Part shown: piece by piece, positions 40,631 through 51,838 of the stretch | Position numbering within the stretch: the stretch's first letter is position 1 | How the letters are laid out: the number at the start of each line of letters is the position of its first letter | Origin: an uncultured bacterium | GTDB taxonomy: Bacteria > Oederibacteriota > PGYV01 > CAWJRG01 | Reading direction: 5' to 3' | Assembly (NCBI GenBank): GCA_963845185.1 | Contig: CAWJRG010000009.1 | Span: 160,001 to 224,000, forward strand | DNA: 64,000 bases | Program-made: the position numbers and the translations under genes | Notes under the pieces: model-generated | Database searches by the model: none | Told to the model about the DNA's origin: nothing | What the model saw: the letters and a program-made list of their open reading frames with translations, nothing else

Positions 40631-41449
40631 ATGATAAGCGTCAGGGATTTGAATTTTAAATACATGGAAAACGGATTCAGCCTGAAAAGCATAAGCCTTG
40701 ATATTTTAAAAGGTGATTTTATCGCGTTTGTGGGCCCAAACGGCGCGGGCAAATCGACATTTGTAAGGATACTTGCAGGAATAATTAATAATTATTCAGG
40801 GCATGCCCTTATTGAAGGCAAGAACGTCATGGAATATAAAAGTACTGAACTCGCGAAAAAAGTATCATATATACCCCAGACCGACAGCCATGTCTTTAAT
40901 TTTACGGTTTATGACATTGTTGCCATGGGACGCAGGCCTTATACCGGGAGCATGGGTTTGCTCAAAAAGCCGGACAGGGAAGCAATAGACGCGGCGCTTA
41001 ACGATTACGGCCTTTTTGAAAAGAGGAATAAATTTTTCAACCAGCTGAGCGGCGGGGAGAGAAGGACGGCGTTGATAGCCAAGGCAATAGCGCAGGAAGC
41101 CGATATACTCCTGATGGACGAACCTACCACATACCTTGACATTCACCACCAGATATTTCTTATGGAAAAGCTGCTCGGGCTAAAGGAAAAAAACGCAAAA
41201 ACAATATTTTTTATCTCGCATAACATCAACCTTGCCTCGGAATACGCAGGCAGGGTGATTTTTATCAAAGACGGGGCAATAGTAAAGGACGGCAGGCCGA
41301 AAGAAGTCATAACATCCGAGAACATTGAAAAAATTTACGGCATAAATAATTTCACGGTTGAAGCCAACAGGAAAACGGGCGCGCCGAATTTGTTTGTGGT
41401 GCCGGACAGAACAGAATATAAAATGGAGGTAAAAAATGAAAAAGTTTAG
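40631..41449 (+). CDS. btuD: Cobalamin ABC transporter ATPase
   Basis: GPNGAGKST, LSGGE, LLMDEPT, SHNINLA. Confidence 0.8.
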   Translation: MISVRDLNFKYMENGFSLKSISLDILKGDFIAFVGPNGAGKSTFVRILAGIINNYSGHALIEGKNVMEYKSTELAKKVSYIPQTDSHVFNFTVYDIVAMGRRPYTGSMGLLKKPDREAIDAALNDYGLFEKRNKFFNQLSGGERRTALIAKAIAQEADILLMDEPTTYLDIHHQIFLMEKLLGLKEKNAKTIFFISHNINLASEYAGRVIFIKDGAIVKDGRPKEVITSENIEKIYGINNFTVEANRKTGAPNLFVVPDRTEYKMEVKNEKV

Positions 41450-43499
41450 AATGGCTTTTATTTTTATGGTGTTTGCGGTTTTTGCTTTTGCGGCGGATAA
41501 CTCGGATAATATACAGAATATTTACGACCCGAATTACACCCCGCCGCCTTCGCAGGAGCAGTTTTACGGCACTGCACAGCCGCAGCAATACAGCCCTCCG
41601 CCTACAAGCGAATATACAATACCAAAGAAACAGGTGCCGGGCGTTCAGCAGCAGCCGACGCCTTTTGTGACGCCGGTGCAGACCCAGCAGCCGCAAACGC
41701 AAAACGGTTCGGAACAGGATCCGAATGCCGTAGTGGTTACGGCAAGAAAGATACCGGAAATTCTGGATTTTGTCCCGCGTAATATCGAGATTATTCCGGG
41801 CAAGGAAATAGATATCCTGAATACAGTTGCAGACGTCCTTAATGCCCGGCCCGGTATTTTTGTCAATAGAACCAGCGGGTTCGAGGGAGTATCGACGATT
41901 TCCTTAAGAGGTGCGTCTTCGGAACAAGCGCTTGTAATGATAGACGGTGTGCCTATAAATGACATAGCGACAGGCAGCGCAGACCTTACAGGCCTTGAAA
42001 CAGCAGGCATCCAGAAAATTGAAATTGTCAGGGGCGGTGTGTCGTCAATATACGGCGCGGACGCCATGGCAGGTGTTGTAAATATCCTGACCGACCCTAT
42101 AATAAAAAAGATAATAACAGCAGGAGCTTATTACGGCACATATAATACGCAGAAACAGCTGCTGTCGTCATCTTATCAGATTGCAAACCTGAAATACGCG
42201 GTAAATGCAGTTCAGGAATCAAGCGACGGTTATATGGAAAATTCCGGTTATTTTAAAAGGGTTATAGACGGAAAAATAAAATTCAATTCCGATGCGTCGG
42301 ACACTGTGATTTCCGGGTATTATTTAAATAGGGAACAGGGCGTGCCGGGGACAATTGATTATCTGTCTCCAAACAACAAACAGTATGATGAAAATTATGA
42401 TATAGGTTTAAGTGAAGCACTTAATTTGAACCCGGCGGATTTAAAACTCGACGGGTTCATAAAATCCGGGACCTGAAATATTTTGACGCAATGAACGGCA
42501 ATTCCAGGCAAATGCAAAAAGAATATCAAATAAGCGCAATGGCTGTTTACGGCGAGGGAGGTTATTTGTCGGCCGTAGGCGGTTATGAGTATAACAAAAA
42601 AAATCTGAACAGCTCAAACGCAGGCATACAAGGGACATACAACAACGCAATACTGGCAAATGCAACGCTGAAAGTCATAAAACCGCTTGTTGTGAGCGGC
42701 GGGGTAAGAATGGATTTTAATTCTCTTTATGGAGACATGACGTCATATAACCTGGGAGCAAAATATGATTTGGGAGCAGATACGGATATTTATGCATCAC
42801 TTGAGAATTCGTACAGGGCACCGACTTTTGACGAGCTTTTTCTGGCCATATGAACCGTCGTTTGTCGAAAGCAACGGAAACACTGTGCCCGGGTATACAG
42901 GCAATCCAAACCTTAAGCCTGAGACATCGCTTTCATATGAGGCGGGCATTAAAAGATCGGATAAGATATTCCGGGAATCCTTTGCCTGGTTTTCAAGGGA
43001 AATCAAAAATATGATTAACGACTATGCGCCCAACCTAAATAATATTTACCTTTACGAACCTCAAAATATTGAAAATGCAAGGATTTTCGGCTTTGAAGGC
43101 AAAATCAACGTATCAATAAACGAAAAAGACGTGATTCAGGCAGGCTATACTTACATGAATGCTGTTAACGTAATGACAAACGTGAAACTACCGAACGCGC
43201 CGGAAGGAAAATTCAACGCGAGTCTTGAAAAGGAATTTCCATTCAGCATAAAAGCAAAGGTTGAATATGAGTATATAGACTCAAGGATTAACTCTTCCGG
43301 TTACATGTTAAAACCATATTCCATGCTGAATGCGGGGATCAGCCAGAAATTAAGCGAAAACTTAGATGTCTCTGTGGAAGTGAGCAATATTTTTAACAAT
43401 ACAAATTACAATACTTATTACAATACCCTGTACAATGTAGAGAGTGGTTATTTAATGCCCGGCAGGACAATTATGGCCGGCGGCCAGATAGCGTTTTAA
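41436..43499 (+). CDS. btuB: TonB-dependent cobalamin receptor (BtuB-like), split by two compensating frameshifts
   Basis: TonB box VVVTARK; plug SLRG..IDGVP..IEIVRG..SIYGADAMAGVVNI; YRAPTFDEL, GNPNLKPE, PGRT...IAF. One G added at 42468-42470 and one T removed at 42837-42841 give one ~687 aa ORF. Confidence 0.85.
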
Positions 43500-43672
43500 T
43501 ATTGAGATAAGAAGCGTAATTAAAGACAAGCTCCCGCACGCGTCTTGCTTTTTGAGGCTGTCTCTAGATGAAATAGCGGGATATCAATCAAAAGCATAAA
43601 TATCGTTGAAAATCAATGCCTGCAGTAGTATACTTTTTTGCCAATTAAACTTTGAAAGGGGAACTGCTGCGG

Positions 43673-44308
43673 ATGAAAAAAGCATTTTTTGTAATTGCTT
43701 GTATAGTGTTTTTTGCTGGCGTTTATTCGCAGGAAAGAAACGACAAATTCTTTTTTAAAAGCGGAACCGAAAAAATCAACCGCAGGGACTATCCTGGGGC
43801 CATTAATGATTTTAATAAAGCAATACAACAGAATCCTAAAAATCCGGAATCCTACTGTAATCGTGGACTAGCAAAAGACGCAATAGGGGATTATATTAAT
43901 GCAATTAAGGATTTCGACAAAGCATTATCGATGGACCCTGAAATTGTGGAGGCTTATTGCAACCGTGGAGTTGCTGAATACAAACTTGGCGAATATAAAA
44001 ATGCTATTAAAGATTATAACAAAGCCATTGAGCTTAAACCTGTATTTGCGGGTGCTTACTACAACCGCGGGCTTGCCAAAAGCAGCCTCGGAGACTATAA
44101 CGACGCGATTAATGATTATAACAAAGTAATAGTACTTAACCCTAAATACAAGGAAGCTTATTATAACAGAGGGCTTGCAAGAGAAGCATTAAGACAATAT
44201 AAAAGCGCATTAATGGATTATAGTACTGCAGGAAAACTTGGGGATAAAAGAGCTGCCGCGCATATTAAAGCAATAAAAGCAGTAATTAGTAAGTGGCAAT
44301 TGCGTTAA
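43673..44308 (+). CDS. Exported TPR-repeat protein
   Basis: Signal peptide; repeated AY(Y/C)NRG(L/V)A...AI.DY/FNKA. Confidence 0.9.
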   Translation: MKKAFFVIACIVFFAGVYSQERNDKFFFKSGTEKINRRDYPGAINDFNKAIQQNPKNPESYCNRGLAKDAIGDYINAIKDFDKALSMDPEIVEAYCNRGVAEYKLGEYKNAIKDYNKAIELKPVFAGAYYNRGLAKSSLGDYNDAINDYNKVIVLNPKYKEAYYNRGLAREALRQYKSALMDYSTAGKLGDKRAAAHIKAIKAVISKWQLR

Positions 44309-44325
44309 AAGGGAGGTTGTAAAGA

Positions 44326-46240
44326 ATGAAAAAAAAAGCAGTTTTGATGTTCATGGGGTTTCTGTTTTTGAGCATTCAGGCAAATGCATGGGATAATCAA
44401 CCAGCCGGAATGGGCTATACAAAAGGAGCAAACCTGTCAAATGTCAATGAATCAAATCAGGAAGGCATTATATTAAGCCAGGCTGAAAATCTTTTTAGCA
44501 TATCGCAATATGAGGATGCGATTGCGGAATATGAAAAAGTTTTAGTGATAAACCCAAATAATTTTGCAGCGCTTTTCCATGAAGGCGAATGTTATTATTA
44601 CCTTAAGAATATGGAAAAAGCGCTTGAACTTTTAGAAAAGGCTGAATCGATAAAACCCGAGACGGATGTAGAAAAACTGATTGATATAATTAATAAGATA
44701 TTGCAATTGAAAGAAAAAGCGGATAAAAAGCCATATCCACTGACTGGCGGGGATGCCAGACATATGGCTATGGGATACCCTGAAATTGTATTACCGGACG
44801 CGGCTTCAATAATAGACCTTTACAGTCAGGGCTTTTCATCATCGCTTGTTTCATGGCCGTTAAAAAATATTGTATACATCCCTATGGATGCATATAATTA
44901 TTTGAACAATGCAAATTATTACAATATTTCAAGGACAGCTCTTAGCCAAAACGAAGGCGGAGGCAGCTTAAACGGCGATAATTTTGACACGATTATATGC
45001 TGGTTTACGTATGACGATGTGATTTCGATTTTACCTGCGTTGACTTTTTTACAGCGGGCAATATGCGGGCTCCTATCCGGGATTGCCCGGCAACCAGCCG
45101 GGTTTTACAGATAATTTTTCCGGCAGTTTAAAATCAATAGAAATCAATTACGCAAGAAGGATTGCAGATACATGCTCTGCTGGATGCATGGTTGGGATCT
45201 CGGGTTATGATCAAAGCAATAAATACACAGACCATGAGGAGGATTATGACCTTTCCAAAGTCCAATATTTATTTTCTTTTACTTATATGGCGCCTTTAAG
45301 TGACAGGCACCTCGATTTTGCGCTTTCCTACGGCAGCAAGGGAAGTGTTGACCCTTATTATAACCTTGAGATTTCGGCATTATCGTATCCGTTTTCAAGC
45401 CGCATGACAATGCTTTATAATCTATACAATGAACAGGATAATTTTAAATGGCCTAATTATCAACCGAATGTGGATTGGAACGAAACGGATAATTATAATT
45501 TGAGCGGCTCGTCCATATCCGCAGGGGCAACATACAGGCAAAGCGGAACAGCGGAAGCTGTAGCGAAAATTAAATTTATCAACGGGATCAACGACAATGT
45601 TTCGGTAAACGGCGGATATACTTACAGCCCTACGGGCGAAAATCTATATTCATATGATAATTCGCGTTTGATGGTACAAAACGGGTCAGGGATTCAGGGC
45701 GTGTTTGAGGGAAGGTATTATCTGGGCCCGTTTATACTAGGAGCGAGGGTTGATTGTTTTAATTTTTCATATGCGTTTAACCCTTACTGGACAAGCGAAC
45801 AGCTGAATTCATCTGCGTCCATGCTTGATACGGCAGGCGGTGTGGATATTTGCCTGGAAAAATTTAATTTCCCTGTTGAGGTTCTCTATCAAACAGCTTC
45901 TTTAAATGAGGATGGAACGGCAGCTAAATATGACTGGTCATACTCAATATATGGCTTTAGACTAGGGGCAGAGTACAACCTGACCAGTAATTTTGCATTA
46001 AGGGCGGGCGGAGTATATAAAAGCGGCAGCAGGCGTTATTCGAGAATAATTACACTTGACCAAAACCTTGATATTAATATGTCGGAAATATTTTTAGGCG
46101 CAGGATTTACAGAAGACAATTTTGAATTTAATATTACCATCGGATATTACTATGAACAGGATGATGGAATGGTGCAGACTGTTTCAAACTATTCATCGAA
46201 TGAAATTGCAGTTGTCCCTGATATGAGGTATCTGTTTTAA
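44326..46240 (+). CDS. TPR + outer-membrane beta-barrel protein (FadL/PorV-like start), frameshift at ~45045
   Basis: Signal peptide, two TPRs, GGDARHMAMG; removing one T from T6 at 45045-45050 joins the two ORFs (~637 aa); ends ..MRYLF. Confidence 0.6.
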
Positions 46241-46272
46241 ATATATGTTGTTTAAATGTTTAGAAAATATTA

Positions 46273-46301
46273 TTGCTAAAAATCGCTGATTTTGTTATAA
46301 T
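46273..46301 (+). promoter_or_regulatory. sigma70 promoter of the mre operon
   Basis: TTGCTA-17 bp-TATAAT with extended TG; flanked by direct repeat GTTGTTTAAAT (46247 and 46306). Confidence 0.7.
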
Positions 46302-46350
46302 ACGCGTTGTTTAAATCGAAAATCATATTAATTTCAAGGAGGTTTTTAAC

Positions 46351-46557
46351 ATGCTTGGAGTTATACTTGGAGCATTACTGCTTTTGCTGTTTATCGGTCT
46401 TGTTGTTTTACAGGGCGCAATCGAGTGGTTTGATTTTGACCCTGACAAATGGCTTGAAAGCATTTTTATGAAGAAAGGTGCTGAAAAGGCAACTGGGAAA
46501 AAAGAGGCAAAAAAGCCTGCGAAATCAACTGCGAAAAAGAAAGGGTCTAAAAGATGA
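46351..46557 (+). CDS. Small single-TM protein with Lys-rich tail
   Basis: RBS AAGGAGG; ATGA overlap with mreB. Confidence 0.7.
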   Translation: MLGVILGALLLLLFIGLVVLQGAIEWFDFDPDKWLESIFMKKGAEKATGKKEAKKPAKSTAKKKGSKR

Positions 46558-47603
46558 TATTTGATTATTTATTGGGACTGTTTTCAAACGACATGGCAAT
46601 AGACCTGGGCACTGCCACAACCCTGGTTTATATTAAAAACAGAGGCATAGTGTTGATGGAGCCGTCAATAGTGGCGCTTTATAAAGGCAGGGAAGTTATT
46701 GCCGTGGGAGAATCCGCAAAAGAAATGGTCGGGAAAACACCGGGCGATATTTTTGCTATAAGGCCAATGAAGGACGGGGTTATAGCGGATTTCAACGTGA
46801 CTGAAAAAATGTTGAGGTATTTTATTGTTAAAGTCCACAACAGGCATTCACTCATAAGCCCGAGGATAGCCATATCAGTGCCAAAGGGAGTGACGCCAGT
46901 CGAGCGCAGGGCAGTAAGGGAATCGGCCCTGCAGGCAGGAGCAAGGGAAGTTTACCTTATTGAGGAACCAATGGCTGCAGCCATCGGCGCCGGATTGCCT
47001 ATTGAGGAGCCGGTGGGGCATATGGTTGTGGATATAGGAGGCGGCACGACCGAGGTTGCGGTTATATCAATGGGCGGTCTGGTTGTGTGGAATTCTATAA
47101 GAACCGCTGGAGACAAATTTGACGAGGCAATAGCGGCTTACCTTAAAAAAGCATACAATCTGCAAATAGGGGAGAGGACAGCCGAAACCGTGAAAATAAG
47201 AGTGGGATGCGCGCAAAAACTCGACGAGCCACTTGACATGTTCGTAAAAGGAAGCGACCTTACCACCGGATTGCCGAGGACGATTAAAATAACTTCGGAC
47301 GAAATGGCAATAGCCCTGGAAGAGCCGGTAACAAAAATAATAGACGGCATTAAATACACTCTTGAACGCACAAAGCCTGAGCTTGCGGCGGATATAATAG
47401 ACAAAGGCATTGTTATGACCGGAGGCGGCTCCCTGCTCAAGGCTCTTGACCAAAAGCTGCGCGATGAAACAGGTGTACCGGTACATATCGCCGACAACCC
47501 GCAGGCCTGCGTTGTATTGGGCGCAGGGAAAATGCTTGAGGAACAGCTTGACGCGTTGCGGCGTTTGTCTTTTGAGGGCGAAGAAACCCATATCGCCACA
47601 TAA
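46554..47603 (+). CDS. mreB: Rod shape-determining protein MreB
   Basis: [37 protein letters not shown]. Confidence 0.98.
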   Translation: MIFDYLLGLFSNDMAIDLGTATTLVYIKNRGIVLMEPSIVALYKGREVIAVGESAKEMVGKTPGDIFAIRPMKDGVIADFNVTEKMLRYFIVKVHNRHSLISPRIAISVPKGVTPVERRAVRESALQAGAREVYLIEEPMAAAIGAGLPIEEPVGHMVVDIGGGTTEVAVISMGGLVVWNSIRTAGDKFDEAIAAYLKKAYNLQIGERTAETVKIRVGCAQKLDEPLDMFVKGSDLTTGLPRTIKITSDEMAIALEEPVTKIIDGIKYTLERTKPELAADIIDKGIVMTGGGSLLKALDQKLRDETGVPVHIADNPQACVVLGAGKMLEEQLDALRRLSFEGEETHIAT

Positions 47604-47606
47604 AAG

Positions 47607-48398
47607 ATGCGATACAGGACACCGAATAAATTTGTAGTTTACCTGATAATCTTTATATTACTTTTAATAATCATTATGCTATTGAAACAAACGCGATTCA
47701 ATTTCATTGCCAATTCTGTATCAAACACGCAGAAAAAAACAACGGCCTCTTTTTCCTATATTTCGGACTCGCTGGGCTCTGTTAAATATATTTTTTCAGC
47801 CAAATCAGACATTGAAAAAATGAAACAGGAAGCTCTAGTCTTGCAGACCGAAAACCAGGCGCTGATAGCGGAGAACAAGAGGCTTGAGCGGCTGCTTGAA
47901 CTTAAGAATTACAAGCCACACCCTTATTCGCCAAGGTGTTTTGCCAGTATAATAGCAGCCAATACAGATGGTATGATATATTATTACGTAATAGACAGGG
48001 GCAGGCAGGACGGGGTTGAAGAAGGCGACGGCATAATAACCGGCGGTTTTGCCGTAGGCAGAGTTATAAAAGTCATGGATAATACGGCGCAGGTGCAGCT
48101 TTTGACAGACACCAAAAGCAGCATTAGCGTGAAAACTGACCGCGGAAGGGTTGCCGGAATCCTGACGGGCAAAGGATACAACCTCTGCGAGATGAATTAC
48201 GTGCCGAAGGAAGAAGATGTAAAAAAGGACGATGTTGTAATAACTTCTTCGCTGGGAGGGTCTTTTCCGGAAGGGATACCAGTGGGAAAGGTTATAAACA
48301 TAAAAAAAGACATGCAGGGGCTGTCAATGTTTATCGAAGTGAGGCCCTTTGCCGATGTCTTTAAAATAGAAGACGTGATTATAGTTAAAAAGAGGTGA
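47607..48398 (+). CDS. mreC: Rod shape-determining protein MreC
   Basis: TM + coiled coil ENKRLERLL; IDRG..DGV; TSSLGGSFPEGIPVG; synteny. Confidence 0.92.
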   Translation: MRYRTPNKFVVYLIIFILLLIIIMLLKQTRFNFIANSVSNTQKKTTASFSYISDSLGSVKYIFSAKSDIEKMKQEALVLQTENQALIAENKRLERLLELKNYKPHPYSPRCFASIIAANTDGMIYYYVIDRGRQDGVEEGDGIITGGFAVGRVIKVMDNTAQVQLLTDTKSSISVKTDRGRVAGILTGKGYNLCEMNYVPKEEDVKKDDVVITSSLGGSFPEGIPVGKVINIKKDMQGLSMFIEVRPFADVFKIEDVIIVKKR

Positions 48399-48447
48399 GG
48401 ATTTTATAAAGTTAAATATCTGGTTCTGGATACTTCTGGCAGTTTTT

Positions 48448-48906
48448 ATGGTCATAGATAATTCCATGTGCCTATTCAGCAGGCATTTGTCCTATGTTGA
48501 CTTTGCGATGATAGCTGGCATAATTTTTATCATGAAAGAACAGGCAGGGGCGGGTTTCCTTTTTATCCTCATAATTTCCGGCGTGCACGATATGCTTTTG
48601 TTTCCTTATATCGGCTTCACACTTTTGCCACGTTTCCTGACAATGATATTCGTCAAATTCATGTTCGATAACCTTTTCCGGGAGAATTACGCGTCAAAGT
48701 TTTTTATCATGGCATCAGGGCTTATAGCTAAAGAGCTGCTCTACGCCATGACAGTATGGGTTTTTTACTGGAATTTCAGGTTTTATTTTTTCAGCGGACT
48801 AAATGTCGCAAGGGCTGCGTTGTCCGTGTGCTTTGGCCTTGCCGCGGCGGGTTTACTGGGCCCCGGAGCGAGCATAAGGCCAAGGCTCAAGAAGGTTTTT
48901 AAATGA
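48448..48906 (+). CDS. mreD: MreD-like membrane protein (true start probably 48395-48406)
   Basis: Hydrophobic, G..HD...G motif, between mreC and mrdA; frame stays open upstream past 48406. Confidence 0.65.
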   Translation: MVIDNSMCLFSRHLSYVDFAMIAGIIFIMKEQAGAGFLFILIISGVHDMLLFPYIGFTLLPRFLTMIFVKFMFDNLFRENYASKFFIMASGLIAKELLYAMTVWVFYWNFRFYFFSGLNVARAALSVCFGLAAAGLLGPGASIRPRLKKVFK

Positions 48907-50707
48907 TAAAAGACGACATAAATGAAAATATTAAGAACATTTACAAGAATTTCCAAAGGCTCAAATCATTAAGCTGGATTTTTGCAGCATTTTTCCTGGT
49001 AATCACAGGCAGGCTTTTTTATCTGCAGATCATAAAAGGCGCATATTACAAAAAACTCGCTTATGACAACTGCATACACGCCGTAAAAAACAGGGCAGCC
49101 AGGGGATATATTTACGACAGGAATTACAGAAAGCTTGTCACCAATATCTCGTCAAACACGTTCAGCGTAACGCCTTTTTATTTCAATCAAAACAAGGACA
49201 GAGAAGAGGCAATAACGGAAATCGCAAAAATGCTCGGCCTTGACGCGGAGACGATAAGATCAAAAATTGATAAAAACAAGCAAAATCTTTTTGAGCCGGT
49301 TGTCATAAAGAGGGATATATCGGCGCAGGAACTCGCGGCTTTAAAGGAAAAGAGCGCGGCTATAAACGGGCTTTCCATAGAGCAGGAGCCGAAGCGCTCT
49401 TACCCATATAAGAGCATGGCGTCGCATACGATCGGTTATGTCGGAGAAATAAACGAGGACCAGTTGAAGATGCAAAAATACGAGGGTTACTCGGGCGGGG
49501 ATATAATCGGGCAGACCGGAATTGAAAACACATATGACTCTTATTTGCGCGGGGAGGACGGTTCTATCCTCATACTCACGGATGCCATGGGCAGGCAAAA
49601 ACAGAAAAAAGACGAGCTGCAGTCCAAAAAAGGCAAGGACCTTGTGCTCACCATAGACTCGAAGCTGCAGAGGTATGCCGAATCCGTAATGGACGAAAGC
49701 AACCGCAAGGGTGCAGTCCTGGTGGAAGAGGTAAAAACCGGGGAAATACTGTGCATGGTTTCAAAGCCGGATTATGATTTGAATTATTTTAGCGGAAGGA
49801 TAGACTCAAAAGAATGGAAAAAACTCCTCCGGGACAAGAACAACCCTTTAAACAACAGGGTTGTGCAGGGGCTGTATTCGCCGGGATCAATTTTTAAAAT
49901 CGCGGTGGGCACAGGCGGACTCAACGAAAACGTGATAGACGCCAATACCAGTTTCCAGTGCGACGGCAGGTACTGGATAAAAACATGGCCTTATAAATGC
50001 TGGAAATCAAACGGGCACGGCTGGGTATCTTTTTATAAAGCCGTGGCAGAATCGTGCGACATTTTTTTTTATAAACTGGGACTTAAGATGAAGGTCGAAC
50101 TGCTCAACAAATACGCGCTTATGTTCGGCCTCAGCCAGAAAACAGAAATAGATTTACCTGGAGAAAAGGCAGGCCTTGTGCCGTCCAGGGAGTGGAAACA
50201 GAGGGTAGAAAGGTCGGAATGGTTTCCGGGGAACACGGTTATGATGTCAATAGGACAGGGGTATTTGATTGCCACGCCGTTGCAGATCATGAATATCATG
50301 GCTACTATTGCGAACGGCGGTTACTGTATGGTGCCGCATGTGGCAAAGGCAATTACACTTGATGACGGCAGTGTTTATAAAAACATTGAACCAAGGCATT
50401 TATTTGACTTGAACGTAAAGCCGGAAGTTATTAAAATGATGAGTACGGCATTGAGGATGGTTGTGGGCAGTTTCGCGGGCACGGCTAAAAAGGCCTCGGT
50501 TCAGGGCATAAAGGTGGCCGGAAAAACCGCCACTGTGCAGAACCCGCACGGTGAAACGCACGCGATGTTCGCCGGTTTCGCCCCGTACGATGACCCGAAG
50601 ATTGTCATATACGTGCTCGTCGAGCACGGAGGCGGGGGGGAGATGTCGCGGCCCCGATAGCGAGCAGGGTAATGGAATATTATTTTAAAACCTTGAGGGC
50701 AAAATGA
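48903..50707 (+). CDS. mrdA: Penicillin-binding protein 2 (frameshift in G7 near the C-terminus)
   Basis: RGYIYDRN, PGSIFK (SxxK), SCD, GKTAT; one G added at 50634-50640 restores EHGGGGGDVAAPIA.. ending in an ATGA overlap with rodA. Confidence 0.92.
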
Positions 50708-51834
50708 AATACATACCAGTAAATTTTTTCAGGCAGGCGCTGAAGGAGACCGGGAATTATTTTAAAAACATTAATGTAATCCTGCTTACGCTCACCCTCA
50801 TACTGATTTTTACCGGCATTGTCAGCATTTACAGCGCCACGTACGCAACACAAAAAATATTTTTTTACAAGCAGATAACCTGGTATGTACTTGGGCTCGT
50901 GCTCATGGTTATTTTTGCCAATATAAATTACAACATATTCATGGGCATAGCCAACCAGCTTTACTTTTTTTTCTGCGGCCTGCTTTTGCTTGTGCTTGTT
51001 TTCGGGCACAGTTCACTCGGGGCGCAAAGATGGCTGAAACTGCCGGGTTTTAACCTGCAACCGAGCGAGTTTATGAAACTGATACTGTCGTTTACCATTA
51101 TCAGATTTATAGCGGTGCACCAGAAGGAAAGTTTTACAATTAAAAACCTTTTTAAAATGCTGGGTATAATAATATTGCCCATGCTGATGATACTGAAGCA
51201 GCCGGACCTGGGTACGGCGATACTCATGGTGCCTGTGACACTTTTGATTTTTTTTATGGGCAATATGCCGTGGAAGAAACTCATCATGATAATTTTGATA
51301 GGATTAATTGTAATTCCGGCAGGGTATCATTTTTTAAAAGATTACCAGAAGCAGAGGATAATGATTTTTTTAAACCCGAACATAGACCCCATGGGCGCAG
51401 GATATAACGTGATTCAGTCGCAGATAGCGGTTGGGTCGGGAAACGCAGCGGGCAAAGGATGGCTGCGCGGTACGCAAAGCCAGCTGAATTTTATCCCCAT
51501 CAAGCATACGGATTTTATTTTTGCGGTTATTGCGGAGGAGTTCGGATTTTTGGGTGGCATATTCGTGATAATTATTTACCTTTTGCTTGTAATGGAGGGC
51601 CTTAATATAGTCAAACTCTGCAGGTTTTTGGGCGGCAAAATGATGGCTAGCGCAATTACCGGCATAATTTTCTGCCAGGTCATCATAAATATCGGCATGA
51701 ACATCGGCCTTATGCCGGTCACTGGCATCACCCTGCCACTGTTAAGTTACGGCGGGTCATCGACGCTGATGATTATGGCGGCCCTGGGCATAATGCAGAA
51801 TATATACAAAGAATACATGAAAGCGGAGGAATAA
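50704..51834 (+). CDS. rodA: Rod shape-determining protein RodA
   Basis: GAQRW, QPSEFMK, QPDLGT, GYNVIQSQIAVGSG, HTDFIF, LPLLSYGGSS. Confidence 0.95.
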   Translation: MKYIPVNFFRQALKETGNYFKNINVILLTLTLILIFTGIVSIYSATYATQKIFFYKQITWYVLGLVLMVIFANINYNIFMGIANQLYFFFCGLLLLVLVFGHSSLGAQRWLKLPGFNLQPSEFMKLILSFTIIRFIAVHQKESFTIKNLFKMLGIIILPMLMILKQPDLGTAILMVPVTLLIFFMGNMPWKKLIMIILIGLIVIPAGYHFLKDYQKQRIMIFLNPNIDPMGAGYNVIQSQIAVGSGNAAGKGWLRGTQSQLNFIPIKHTDFIFAVIAEEFGFLGGIFVIIIYLLLVMEGLNIVKLCRFLGGKMMASAITGIIFCQVIINIGMNIGLMPVTGITLPLLSYGGSSTLMIMAALGIMQNIYKEYMKAEE

Positions 51835-51838
51835 AGAA

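Noticed and set aside
41436..43499. btuB as a true pseudogene
   Set aside because: Two compensating homopolymer indels with otherwise intact motifs, in a window where even mrdA shows the same error type.
50634..50640. Phase-variable poly-G tract in PBP2
   Set aside because: Short tract in a Gly-codon run of a normally essential gene; sequencing error is more parsimonious.
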